A DNA stretch of 60,550 nucleotides from a virus (Duplodnaviria; Caudoviricetes): positions 1 to 60,550 of the IMG/VR virus record IMGVR_UViG_3300042509_001483. One strand, 5' to 3'. Positions 47,213-55,268 of the stretch are shown piece by piece. The position numbers and the translations under genes are program-made. The notes below the pieces were generated by a model. It was given only the letters and a program-made list of their open reading frames with translations, did no database searches and was not told the origin of the DNA. Within the stretch, counting starts at the first letter, position 1; each line of letters opens with the position of its first letter.

Positions 47213-48949
47213 ATGAAATTCGCTCTGCCTTCTAACCTTCAGACTGAACTCTTGGCTTATGACCCAAAGCTTAAGGCTTTGGCTAAGCAAGCTAACAAAC
47301 CAGCAGCCAAGAAACCTACGTATCCACTTGGCAAGATTCCTTGTTTGATACCAACGCACATTGTGCGTGAAACTGATCAGCAAGATGCAATTGCTCAGAT
47401 CAATCAGCGTCCAGCACCACAGCGTTATCAAGTCTTTACCAGGCCTGTAGATGTGGCAACACCACAGGCTAGGCTCAAGGTCATTGCCATCTTGTATCAC
47501 TACGAACAGGTGTGGTACGCGGCATGGTTACCTTCCAAGCAAGAGAAAGATCAATATGTGTATGGCCATGCTTACGCATTCAAGAACACATCAACTACAC
47601 AGAAGATTGCACCAACTTGGATATGGAATAGCAAAGATGATTGCGTTGTTCACGACATTGGGCGTGGCTCGCAACTTTTTGTCTACACCAATACAGCAAC
47701 CATAGAAGATATCCGTGGGAAAGATTACGATAGCTGGCGCAGTTACCCATGGCGAGCAGGTAACCTTTACTGCCAAAAGGGTTATACAATTCGTGATAAT
47801 GTTGTCAATGAATTTGATAACAGCCTGAGGGAAGATCTCCCAACATGGGAGGATTCACGTGGATTGTTTGATCGTATACGTTGCAAGAATATCTTTGATG
47901 CAGCAAACATACCATCAATGATGTCAAAGCATCTTGATGAACGTCAAGGCTTGACTGTTGATAACTTCATTGCTGCTTCACTTGCATTCAAAGAAGAACA
48001 TGGTTATAGCTCCATGACATACTCCGTTGTCACAAAAATCCAACACATTGTTACTAAGCCTACCATCAAGAAACTATTGCAAGCAGAGTTAAACCGTAGC
48101 GTTGATGCATACAATGATCCTAATAACAAACAACAGCAACCTATTAAGCAAGGCTTTGCAACCTTTGTTCAAATCATTAATTCAATTGAATGGATCAATA
48201 ACATTTGGCCAGACTGCCCTATTGATTACTATCAGACTTACTTCAAGGAGCTTAAGTATCTTCGCTTGACTGAAGTGCGTATAGGTAGTTCAGTTATACA
48301 AGATACAAACTTAATCAACTGGCTGCGTGAACACATGCCCATTGCATCGTTGTTTACAATCATGCGTAAGTACTTGGATAGACAACTCACTGAATACAAT
48401 GGCCGTTGGGTTGATAACGAGGTTGGCTACCAGCGTCAACGCTTTGGTGAACTCAACGATACATTCTCCATGATGCTTAAGATCCTGCATGTTGGTAATA
48501 CACTGGAGCCACCGAAGCGTTGGCGTTTGACTGAGTTCCATGACTACGTACAATCCGAAGCATGGAAGATTGAGAATCCAAAGGAATCTCTACGGCAAGA
48601 TCTATTCCCTGAACCTATTAAAGTTACACGTCTTGATAAAGTATGGACATTCTTCCAGCCTCATGACACACATCAACTATCCATGTGGGGTCAAGCCGTA
48701 CGTAATTGCGTTGGCTCTGCATCCCACTATGCCGATGACATCAAGAAACGTAAGCACTTCATTGTGTTATGTATGATTGATAACAAACCCACCTTCACAA
48801 TTCAATTGGTTGTGGACCAGGGTATGATGTCGGTTAAGCAGATTGCTGGCGTTGGCAATCGGAGTCTTGACGCATGGGAGCGCGATGCTTACACGGAAGC
48901 TTTCCGTGAGGTCTTGCAGCAACGCGAGAAGCAGCTAGCATGTAGCTGA
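47213..48949 (+). CDS. PcfJ-like domain protein
   Basis: C-terminal EFHDYV...QLSMWGQAVRNCVGS..Y...TIQL...QIAG..N. Confidence 0.75.
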   Translation: MKFALPSNLQTELLAYDPKLKALAKQANKPAAKKPTYPLGKIPCLIPTHIVRETDQQDAIAQINQRPAPQRYQVFTRPVDVATPQARLKVIAILYHYEQVWYAAWLPSKQEKDQYVYGHAYAFKNTSTTQKIAPTWIWNSKDDCVVHDIGRGSQLFVYTNTATIEDIRGKDYDSWRSYPWRAGNLYCQKGYTIRDNVVNEFDNSLREDLPTWEDSRGLFDRIRCKNIFDAANIPSMMSKHLDERQGLTVDNFIAASLAFKEEHGYSSMTYSVVTKIQHIVTKPTIKKLLQAELNRSVDAYNDPNNKQQQPIKQGFATFVQIINSIEWINNIWPDCPIDYYQTYFKELKYLRLTEVRIGSSVIQDTNLINWLREHMPIASLFTIMRKYLDRQLTEYNGRWVDNEVGYQRQRFGELNDTFSMMLKILHVGNTLEPPKRWRLTEFHDYVQSEAWKIENPKESLRQDLFPEPIKVTRLDKVWTFFQPHDTHQLSMWGQAVRNCVGSASHYADDIKKRKHFIVLCMIDNKPTFTIQLVVDQGMMSVKQIAGVGNRSLDAWERDAYTEAFREVLQQREKQLACS

Positions 48950-48963
48950 GTCCGCACGGCTTA

Positions 48964-48996
48964 CCAGCCTTAGCCTCGTTACTAAGGCTGGTTTCT
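48964..48996 (+). terminator. Intrinsic terminator
   Basis: accagccttag-cctcgtta-ctaaggctggt-ttct. Confidence 0.65.
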
Positions 48997-49000
48997 ATCC

Positions 49001-49243
49001 ATGACTGACTACACCGACGATCAACTACTTGCCATGGCTATGGCCAACATTGGTGAGTACATCACAGACAACTCACCACAGTACATCTTGATTGAAGAAG
49101 ATCCTCGTAATGAGGATGACTATGATAGCTGGACTTACGGAATGGAAGTCCTACCTCAAGATCACACTTGGCAGCATGCGTCAATTGACGTAAGCGTAAG
49201 CCCAAGTGATGGGGACGTAGCCCAATCGGAAGTAGGCAAGTGA
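49001..49243 (+). CDS. Acidic hypothetical protein whose 3' end runs through element A into the tRNA
   Basis: ORF track. Confidence 0.5.
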   Translation: MTDYTDDQLLAMAMANIGEYITDNSPQYILIEEDPRNEDDYDSWTYGMEVLPQDHTWQHASIDVSVSPSDGDVAQSEVGK

Positions 49244-49288
49244 CTTAAAATCACTCAAGTACGAGTTCGAATCTCGTCGTCCCTACCA
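49211..49288 (+). tRNA. trnL: tRNA-Leu(UAA) with short variable loop and encoded CCA
   Basis: Acceptor GGGGACG/CGTCCCT; anticodon arm AGTGA-CTTAAAA-TCACT; T arm ACGAG-TTCGAAT-CTCGT; discriminator A then CCA. Confidence 0.92.
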
Positions 49289-49310
49289 ACCCATCCAATC
49301 AATTCACGTC

Positions 49311-49676
49311 ATGCAAATCTTTGCTGCCTTTAAACATCTCATCCCTGAACTACATGCATTCAGTGATGAAGACCAACGTTACAACCTTGGTGCTACATGG
49401 ACTGATAAGAATGGTCTCAGGGATTACCACAACCTTGAGCTGCGTTATCAGTACAACTCCGAGAAGCTTGCCATCGAGCAAGGCCAGCCGCAGCCCGATG
49501 GGTCATGGCAGTACATTGAGCCTTGCGGTCGGGTACACACCATGAGTGCTGACCGTGCCAGGGCATTCATGGAGCAGACGCAAGCGCATGCCACACTCAT
49601 GGTCAACATGCTGGATCGTCTCAAAGACTCCGGCTTGTTGGACCAGGTGGTTGACACGACTGCTCAGCCAACTTAA
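49311..49676 (+). CDS. Hypothetical protein
   Basis: ORF track. Confidence 0.65.
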   Translation: MQIFAAFKHLIPELHAFSDEDQRYNLGATWTDKNGLRDYHNLELRYQYNSEKLAIEQGQPQPDGSWQYIEPCGRVHTMSADRARAFMEQTQAHATLMVNMLDRLKDSGLLDQVVDTTAQPT

Positions 49677-49679
49677 GAT
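49651..49679 (+). promoter_or_regulatory. Sigma70-type promoter
   Basis: TTGACA-N17-TAAGAT. Confidence 0.6.
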
Positions 49680-49700
49680 TCATTTGCCAAGGAACCTATC

Positions 49701-49727
49701 GACCCCTGCGTAAGCGGGGGTCTTTCT
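49701..49727 (+). terminator. Hairpin, putative terminator
   Basis: gacccctgc-gtaa-gcgggggtc-tttct. Confidence 0.6.
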
Positions 49728-49729
49728 CT

Positions 49730-50050
49730 ATGACACACGACTCCATTGATCTTGACCTTGTTGACAAGACCATTGCGTTAATACCAAAGCAAGCTTGGAC
49801 TCAAGTGAGACAAGCAATTGTTACAGCCTTGGTTGATAACATGCCTGGCTCTGTGATCCAACATCTGACTGGTTCTTATGATGACTTTGATCGTGCAGAA
49901 GAAATTCTGTACGATTACTACGAACTTCCTGCACTGTCGCATGAACTAATTGCAGATGCATTCAAGATCATGGGCGAAGTCAATTGTCTTGAACTCCTTC
50001 ATTCATTGAACCTCACTGAAGATGAATTGCAGACAATGCAACAGCAGTAA
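49730..50050 (+). CDS. Hypothetical protein
   Basis: ORF track. Confidence 0.65.
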   Translation: MTHDSIDLDLVDKTIALIPKQAWTQVRQAIVTALVDNMPGSVIQHLTGSYDDFDRAEEILYDYYELPALSHELIADAFKIMGEVNCLELLHSLNLTEDELQTMQQQ

Positions 50051-50357
50051 CACACGCGTTACTTGTACTGAACATCTAGGGCCTGATGTAACCAAGCGTT
50101 ATTGTCGTTGTCTTGATTGTGGTTGCAAGTATCGCACTGTTGAACGGTACGAAGTTGCTAAGCCAATTCCATTAAAAGTCTACAAACCTGTTGGCACTAG
50201 GAATGGAAACTCTTTTTTGACTGACAATGATGTGTTGATGATTCGTCATCTACATCAAAAGGGATTGAGCAATGGTCAGATAGCGATACGCTATGACACT
50301 GCTCGCAGTACAATCTCACGTATTGTCAACTACAAAACTTACACCAACATCAAATGA
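50022..50357 (+). CDS. NrdR/Ogr-like Zn ribbon fused to an HTH
   Basis: MNCRQCNS.NTRV...RYCRCLDCGCKYRTVE; LTDNDVLMIR...GLSNGQIA..STISRI. Confidence 0.7.
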   Translation: MNCRQCNSSNTRVTCTEHLGPDVTKRYCRCLDCGCKYRTVERYEVAKPIPLKVYKPVGTRNGNSFLTDNDVLMIRHLHQKGLSNGQIAIRYDTARSTISRIVNYKTYTNIK

Positions 50358-50728
50358 CACAACAACACCCAATTGTCCCACCATGGGAACTTGTGCAGCA
50401 GTGGCGAGAAGCGCCCGAGTTTTCTGCGTTGTCTCCGTGTGTAATAGTAACTGTTACTACTACCAAGCTGCAAGACATTGCCACTCGCGCTGCTCAATGG
50501 GGCAGCGACCAAGAGCTAGATGCGTGCTGTGAGTGGATTAACTCATTCCAAAACAAATTTGTTCATGCCCATGATCTTCGTCTTGTCCGCCGGCCCAAGG
50601 CGCCAAGCTTGAAGGAGCAGGCGTTACAAGCACTTGCTGAAGCCGACGTTGGTCTAACAGAATTGGAGTGGCCTCAATGTTCCGACACCATCCGCCGCGC
50701 TCTTGAACAACTTCCCGACAACAACTAA
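50354..50728 (+). CDS. Conserved cyanophage hypothetical protein
   Basis: PPWELVQQW...AAQWGSDQELDACCEW...RRPKAPSLKEQAL. Confidence 0.7.
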   Translation: MTQQHPIVPPWELVQQWREAPEFSALSPCVIVTVTTTKLQDIATRAAQWGSDQELDACCEWINSFQNKFVHAHDLRLVRRPKAPSLKEQALQALAEADVGLTELEWPQCSDTIRRALEQLPDNN

Positions 50729-50736
50729 TTACTACA

Positions 50737-51036
50737 ATGACAACCAAGCCTCAATACCGTTACGCAATTGGTGATCGCGTAGCTGAACGGCCCAAGACCC
50801 ATGGGTTATTCACCAATCAACCTAAGGTTGTAGAGCGCATTGCTCAGTACCGTAAGCAACGATACGGCACTGTGGTTGGTATGACAACCAAGCTTGCTGC
50901 TAAGAACCGCAAGGTTAAATTCCTTTTGATCCAATGGGATAATCTCAAGACTCCTACTGAACATGCCAAGATGCGCATCTGTCCTATCTCTGAACTTGAT
51001 AGACTGACTAGAGAAACTATTGTGCCAGGAGAATGA
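50737..51036 (+). CDS. Hypothetical SH3-like protein
   Basis: IGDRVAE...YGTVVG...IQWD. Confidence 0.6.
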   Translation: MTTKPQYRYAIGDRVAERPKTHGLFTNQPKVVERIAQYRKQRYGTVVGMTTKLAAKNRKVKFLLIQWDNLKTPTEHAKMRICPISELDRLTRETIVPGE

Positions 51037-51239
51037 AAAGCAGGGAGGTTACTGAACTACTTGTTGTCAGTGCTGTGTCTTGCCTAATTGCTTTTGTGTT
51101 TGTTGTGTTGCTTTCTTATGGTGGAAATTCTTCTCCACCTAAAGAACGCTTTGCCATTGTTGATCAGTACCAAGGCTGTGATGTCGTACGGTACACTGAT
51201 CCTTCTAGTCGGTACCACTATCTATTGAAGTGCTCATGA
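51033..51239 (+). CDS. Small membrane protein
   Basis: TM helix; VDQYQGCDVVRY. Confidence 0.6.
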   Translation: MKSREVTELLVVSAVSCLIAFVFVVLLSYGGNSSPPKERFAIVDQYQGCDVVRYTDPSSRYHYLLKCS

Positions 51240-52753
51240 GTAATGCCAATCTTGTTTGGGTAACGCCCAATGCAGAAGAGATGATTGTCAAGATGGCACG
51301 CGTCTCTGCACCCAAGAATCAAGACAACATGGATACCGCACCCAATTTGTTGCGTTATCTGATTAAACATCAGCACTGGTCACCGTACGAAATGGCCAAC
51401 ATGTGTGTTGAAATCAACACAACACGTGCAATCTCACCGCAGATCCTTAGGCATCGGTCCTTCTCGTTCCAGGAATTTTGTTTAGCTGGCAATGTGCGTA
51501 TCACTATCTCAACCGAATCAGGAGTAGTTCAACGCTTGCCTATTGAAGAGTTGTATTCTAAATGGAATAAAAGCTCTTTCCGGGCAAGGTATGCACGTTC
51601 TTATGATCCAGAAGCGGAGCGTTTTATTTCAGCTCCCATACTTTCTGTTTATCAGTCAGGAGAAAAACCTATTTATCAGTACACTATAGAAGCGCCGGAT
51701 TCATACAAAACAATTGACTGTACTCAAGAGCATCGTATTTTCACAAAGGAAAAAGGATTTGTAGCTTTTAAAGAAGCTTATGAACAAGGTTTATCAGTTG
51801 CTTTAAATGGAAAAGAAACTTTTCCTTTGCCTTATCAAAATCCCGATGTTTTAAAAGAGAACGCTTGGATGGGTTCAACAGCTTTTGCTGAAGCGTATGG
51901 AATTAAAGATGTGACTGCACGTAAATGGTTTCGTAAACATGGCATTGTCCCTGCTAAACCAAACAATGCAGCCTCTAGTAGGATTGACATTTCATTTGAA
52001 GCAAAGAAATCTTCATTCATGAAATGGGCAAGATCTACAATGCTTCAGCAAAGCTGTGAGTGTTGTGGGCATGATGGTTCTGTATCGCGTCTTGAATTAA
52101 GCCATATTACTGCACACGATAATAACGAAGAATTATGTTTTGATGAAACTAATTTGCAAACATTATGTGCATCATGCCATCGCAAGTATGACATTGCCAT
52201 ACAAGGCAAACAGTATGGATGGACTTTAGGGATGACTGCTAAATGGGGAAAAATTACAGAAGAAAAATATTTAGGTATTCAAATGACGTACGATATTGAA
52301 ATGGACCATCCAACTCATAACTTTGTTGCCAATGGAATTGTTGTTCATAACAGTCAACGTTACGCAGACACCAGTGAACTTGGCTCAGCTATTATTCCTC
52401 ATCTGCGTCGACAAGACTTTAAGAATCGTCAAAACAGTATTGATGATTTGTCTGCTGATGCAATCAGTGGTTATTACCGTCGCATTAGCAAGTTGTATGA
52501 AGACGCTGAACATCTCTACCGTGAGATGGTTAGCAGCGGCGTTGCAAAAGAATGTGCCAGGTCTATCCTGCCACTTTCAACACAGACCCGTCTCTTTATG
52601 AACGGCACCATCAGATCTTGGATCCATTATCTACAACTGCGGACACATGAATCAACCCAACTTGAACACAGAGAAATTGCAGAAGCAATCAAAGGAATCT
52701 TCTGCAAAGAATTCCCAATCATCGGAGAGGCTGTGTTCTCAACAGATCAATGA
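51236..52753 (+). CDS. thyX: Flavin-dependent thymidylate synthase, intein-containing
   Basis: HWSPYEM, QILRHRSFSFQEF|SQRY, GVAKECARSILP, GTIRSWIHYLQLR, TQLEH. Confidence 0.95.
   Translation: MSNANLVWVTPNAEEMIVKMARVSAPKNQDNMDTAPNLLRYLIKHQHWSPYEMANMCVEINTTRAISPQILRHRSFSFQEFCLAGNVRITISTESGVVQRLPIEELYSKWNKSSFRARYARSYDPEAERFISAPILSVYQSGEKPIYQYTIEAPDSYKTIDCTQEHRIFTKEKGFVAFKEAYEQGLSVALNGKETFPLPYQNPDVLKENAWMGSTAFAEAYGIKDVTARKWFRKHGIVPAKPNNAASSRIDISFEAKKSSFMKWARSTMLQQSCECCGHDGSVSRLELSHITAHDNNEELCFDETNLQTLCASCHRKYDIAIQGKQYGWTLGMTAKWGKITEEKYLGIQMTYDIEMDHPTHNFVANGIVVHNSQRYADTSELGSAIIPHLRRQDFKNRQNSIDDLSADAISGYYRRISKLYEDAEHLYREMVSSGVAKECARSILPLSTQTRLFMNGTIRSWIHYLQLRTHESTQLEHREIAEAIKGIFCKEFPIIGEAVFSTDQ
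51479..52351 (+). mobile_element. Intein (291 aa) with an HNH endonuclease domain
   Basis: Starts CLAG; block B TQEHRIFT; ends TYDIEM..HNFVANGIVVHN then Ser+1; internal CECCG..LELSHI..NLQTLCASCH. Confidence 0.93.
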
Positions 52754-52888
52754 TCTGATTGAGAGGTACAAAGAGCCAGAGCAAGCACGCCAGTTTCTTG
52801 TGGGGGCTGGCATCATTGATGAGAATGGAGACCTCATGCCTCCATATCAAAACACCTCAACGTAAGTAACCATTACTACTAATCACTT

Positions 52889-53104
52889 ATGACACGACAA
52901 AAACTTGTCAATTGTTCCACTGTTACTCAAAAAGTATATGATGCATTTTGGCCACTTGGTATGTATCCAGATGATATGGATGCTGATAATCTTGCGCTAG
53001 CTTTGCGAGTTGTTGCTAGTCAGCTTGGTTATGAGCTGTTGGGTGTGCGTGTTGTCGACTGCTCACAACTCCTTGCTATCGCCGATGAACTTGAATCTCA
53101 GTAA
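52889..53104 (+). CDS. Hypothetical protein
   Basis: LALALRVVA...LLAIADELE. Confidence 0.65.
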   Translation: MTRQKLVNCSTVTQKVYDAFWPLGMYPDDMDADNLALALRVVASQLGYELLGVRVVDCSQLLAIADELESQ

Positions 53105-53220
53105 GCATTAAAAGGTTGCAGCACTTTGCTTCTTCAGTTCCGTGACGGCATGCTTGGACTCCACATCCTTGCGTGCCAGCTTTTTCCGTTTGTCCACCAG
53201 GTAGACGATCAGTGCCTTGT

Positions 53221-53373
53221 TCATTTGATTTGTCCTCCAGTGACATAAGGAAAGTAACAAATGTTACGGTAGGTCAGGCAAAGCCATGGACGGTGTGCTA
53301 AGTTCCACCAGGCTTTGTCCTTCCTGGCCTGATCCTCTTGGTTGTATTTGCAACCACGATACGTTAACGTCAT
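53221..53373 (-). CDS. DUF4278 small protein
   Basis: MTLTYRGCKY...LTYRNICY, a doubled LxYRG-type motif. Confidence 0.75.
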   Translation of the reverse strand: MTLTYRGCKYNQEDQARKDKAWWNLAHRPWLCLTYRNICYFPYVTGGQIK

Positions 53374-53380
53374 GGCTTTA

Positions 53381-53394
53381 GTATCTATTGATAC
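53381..53394. promoter_or_regulatory. NtcA-like operator overlapping the DUF4278 gene transcription start
   Basis: GTATC-TATT-GATAC palindrome (GTA-N8-TAC) 4 nt downstream of a minus-strand TATACT -10 (53399-53404). Confidence 0.55.
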
Positions 53395-53456
53395 GGAAAG
53401 TATATGATGATTGATGTATATGATGTCGTTCACCATGTAACACAACTCAAGGTTTA

Positions 53457-53756
53457 ATGAGAGGTTTTAGTTCAACTCAACAATCAACAAAGTCAGCATC
53501 CTATTGGGTTGCTTCTTACACCAAGGACAATGAGGATGAACCACTTGGCATTCACAAAAAAGTTTTGTCCTACAAACCAGGGCAAGACAAAGAACTCTTG
53601 ATGATTCGTTACTGCAATTCAATCATGAAGATCAACCAAAACATATGGGAGATCCTGGTCCACCAAGGACCAGGTGATACTCCAGACTCTGGTGACCAAA
53701 TTGTTTTACGTCTATCCAGGGGAAAATTTAACGGTTCTATACAAATCAAAAACTAA
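53457..53756 (+). CDS. Hypothetical protein
   Basis: ORF track. Confidence 0.6.
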   Translation: MRGFSSTQQSTKSASYWVASYTKDNEDEPLGIHKKVLSYKPGQDKELLMIRYCNSIMKINQNIWEILVHQGPGDTPDSGDQIVLRLSRGKFNGSIQIKN

Positions 53757-53776
53757 ACAAACTTGGAGCTACACTA

Positions 53777-54100
53777 ATGAGCCTTGACGTACATCTTGAA
53801 GACGAAAGCGGTAATAATCTTTACTGGCGCAACATCACCCACAATCTCACAACAATGGCCAGCACGGCTGGTCTTTATGAGTGTCTATGGCGCCCTGAAG
53901 AAATTGGCATTACAACTGCGCATCAGTTAATTGAACCTATCTCCAAAGGCATTGCATTCCTAGCAATGCACCGCCATTTGTGCGAACAAGACAACTCGCC
54001 TAACGGCTGGGGTACTTGGCAAGGTTTGTATGATTTCTGCTGTGACTATCTCAAAGCTTGTACTGAACATCCTTTAGCAACCATTCGCGTATGTCGATAA
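53777..54100 (+). CDS. Conserved phage hypothetical protein
   Basis: MSLDV.L...NITHNL..MA..AGLY..LWRPEE...PNGWG. Confidence 0.75.
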   Translation: MSLDVHLEDESGNNLYWRNITHNLTTMASTAGLYECLWRPEEIGITTAHQLIEPISKGIAFLAMHRHLCEQDNSPNGWGTWQGLYDFCCDYLKACTEHPLATIRVCR

Positions 54101-54207
54101 CTAACAAACTTTGCCGCGCACTAGAACAGTTTAACGACTGATTACTTTTATTAATATATCCGTCCTGGGTATGACGCTAAACTGCCTTCTCAACTCAACT
54201 CAACACC

Positions 54208-54972
54208 ATGAAACTCCTCAAGTTTTCCACCGGTAACGGCAAGCTCAAGAACCGTCTCATCTTCAATCTGCCTGCTGGGTACGCATGCCCTCACGCTGGT
54301 GTATGCAAGACCTTTGCTGATCGCACCACAGGGCAGATCACTGACTTGCCTCAGTACACAGGCGTGACGGCAACACAGGACTACCGTTGCTTTGCTGCCA
54401 TGGCAGAGACACGGCCTACTGTACGGGAAGCACGCTGGCACAACTGGGATTTGTTGCGTGAAACTATTCACATGAATGGGAACCAGGCTGTGCTACTGCG
54501 TGATCTGATCGACCTATCACTTTTAATGCAACCAGCTAAAGATCTGATTCGCATCCATGAGTCTGGTGACTTCTGGACAGAAAACTATATGCGGGCTTGG
54601 ATCATGGTTGCCCAAGGTCGACCACAACAAAAGTTCTACGCATACACTAAGTCTCTTGGTATGTGGTACAACTTGCGTGACATTATTCCTTCCAACTTCT
54701 ATCTCACTGCATCACACGGTGGTACGCTTGACTACTTGATCGACAAGTATCCTGAGGTGTACCAGCGGGTTGCTCATGTTGTGTACACAGAAGAGGAAGC
54801 AGCAGAGCGTGGGCTATCTGTGGATCATGACGACAGCCATTGTTTAGGTGACAAGCCGTTTGCACTCTTGGTCCATGGATCCCAACGTGCTGGGTCCGAT
54901 GCCATGGCTGCTATCACACAACGCAAGAAAGAGGGCAAGTTCGTAGGGTACAGCAAGAAGAATCAGAAATGA
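54208..54972 (+). CDS. GP88-family protein (radical-SAM-like fold)
   Basis: GNGKL...FNLPAG.ACP.AG.C, CFA, RIHESGDF, FYAYTKS. Confidence 0.75.
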   Translation: MKLLKFSTGNGKLKNRLIFNLPAGYACPHAGVCKTFADRTTGQITDLPQYTGVTATQDYRCFAAMAETRPTVREARWHNWDLLRETIHMNGNQAVLLRDLIDLSLLMQPAKDLIRIHESGDFWTENYMRAWIMVAQGRPQQKFYAYTKSLGMWYNLRDIIPSNFYLTASHGGTLDYLIDKYPEVYQRVAHVVYTEEEAAERGLSVDHDDSHCLGDKPFALLVHGSQRAGSDAMAAITQRKKEGKFVGYSKKNQK

Positions 54973-55034
54973 TTCCGTAGGCACTTGCGGATCAGGTGAA
55001 ATCAGATATCATCTATCTGTCTTTCATCTGATCC

Positions 55035-55268
55035 ATGGCTTACGTCATTGCCTGTACCCGCTGGGGTGTACCGCACGCCATTACAGCAAACAGTAAAACC
55101 AATAGGTTTGAGTTGATTCCACTAGACTCTGATGTAGCTTTAAACAAGATCTTCTCTCATCCCTACAGGGCAGGAGCACAGCAGATCTTGACGTGGATCA
55201 ACAACAATGACGAAGACCTTGCCAGTAAAGAACTCCAAGTTTCAGATGAAGCCCAATTCCGCAAGTGA
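55035..55268 (+). CDS. Hypothetical protein
   Basis: ORF track; preceded by a long hairpin at 54989-55034. Confidence 0.6.
   Translation: MAYVIACTRWGVPHAITANSKTNRFELIPLDSDVALNKIFSHPYRAGAQQILTWINNNDEDLASKELQVSDEAQFRK

Larger units (their letters stand above)
40176..49208 (+). repeat. Family A: dispersed internal-loop hairpins at 40176-40207, 42957-43007, 43415-43448, 43705-43747, 45200-45240, 46456-46485 and 49165-49208
   Basis: YTG(G)GCA-[variable inner stem-loop]-RTAAG(T)CCCA; the inner stem varies in sequence but keeps pairing. Confidence 0.85.

Noticed and set aside
40176-49208. Repeats as a CRISPR array
   Set aside because: Copies are dispersed, separated by whole genes and variable in length; no cas genes
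53374-53450. Glutamine (glnA / downstream-peptide) riboswitch before DUF4278
   Set aside because: No CGUUCA...GAACG pairing in the sense orientation, and the predicted leader is too short
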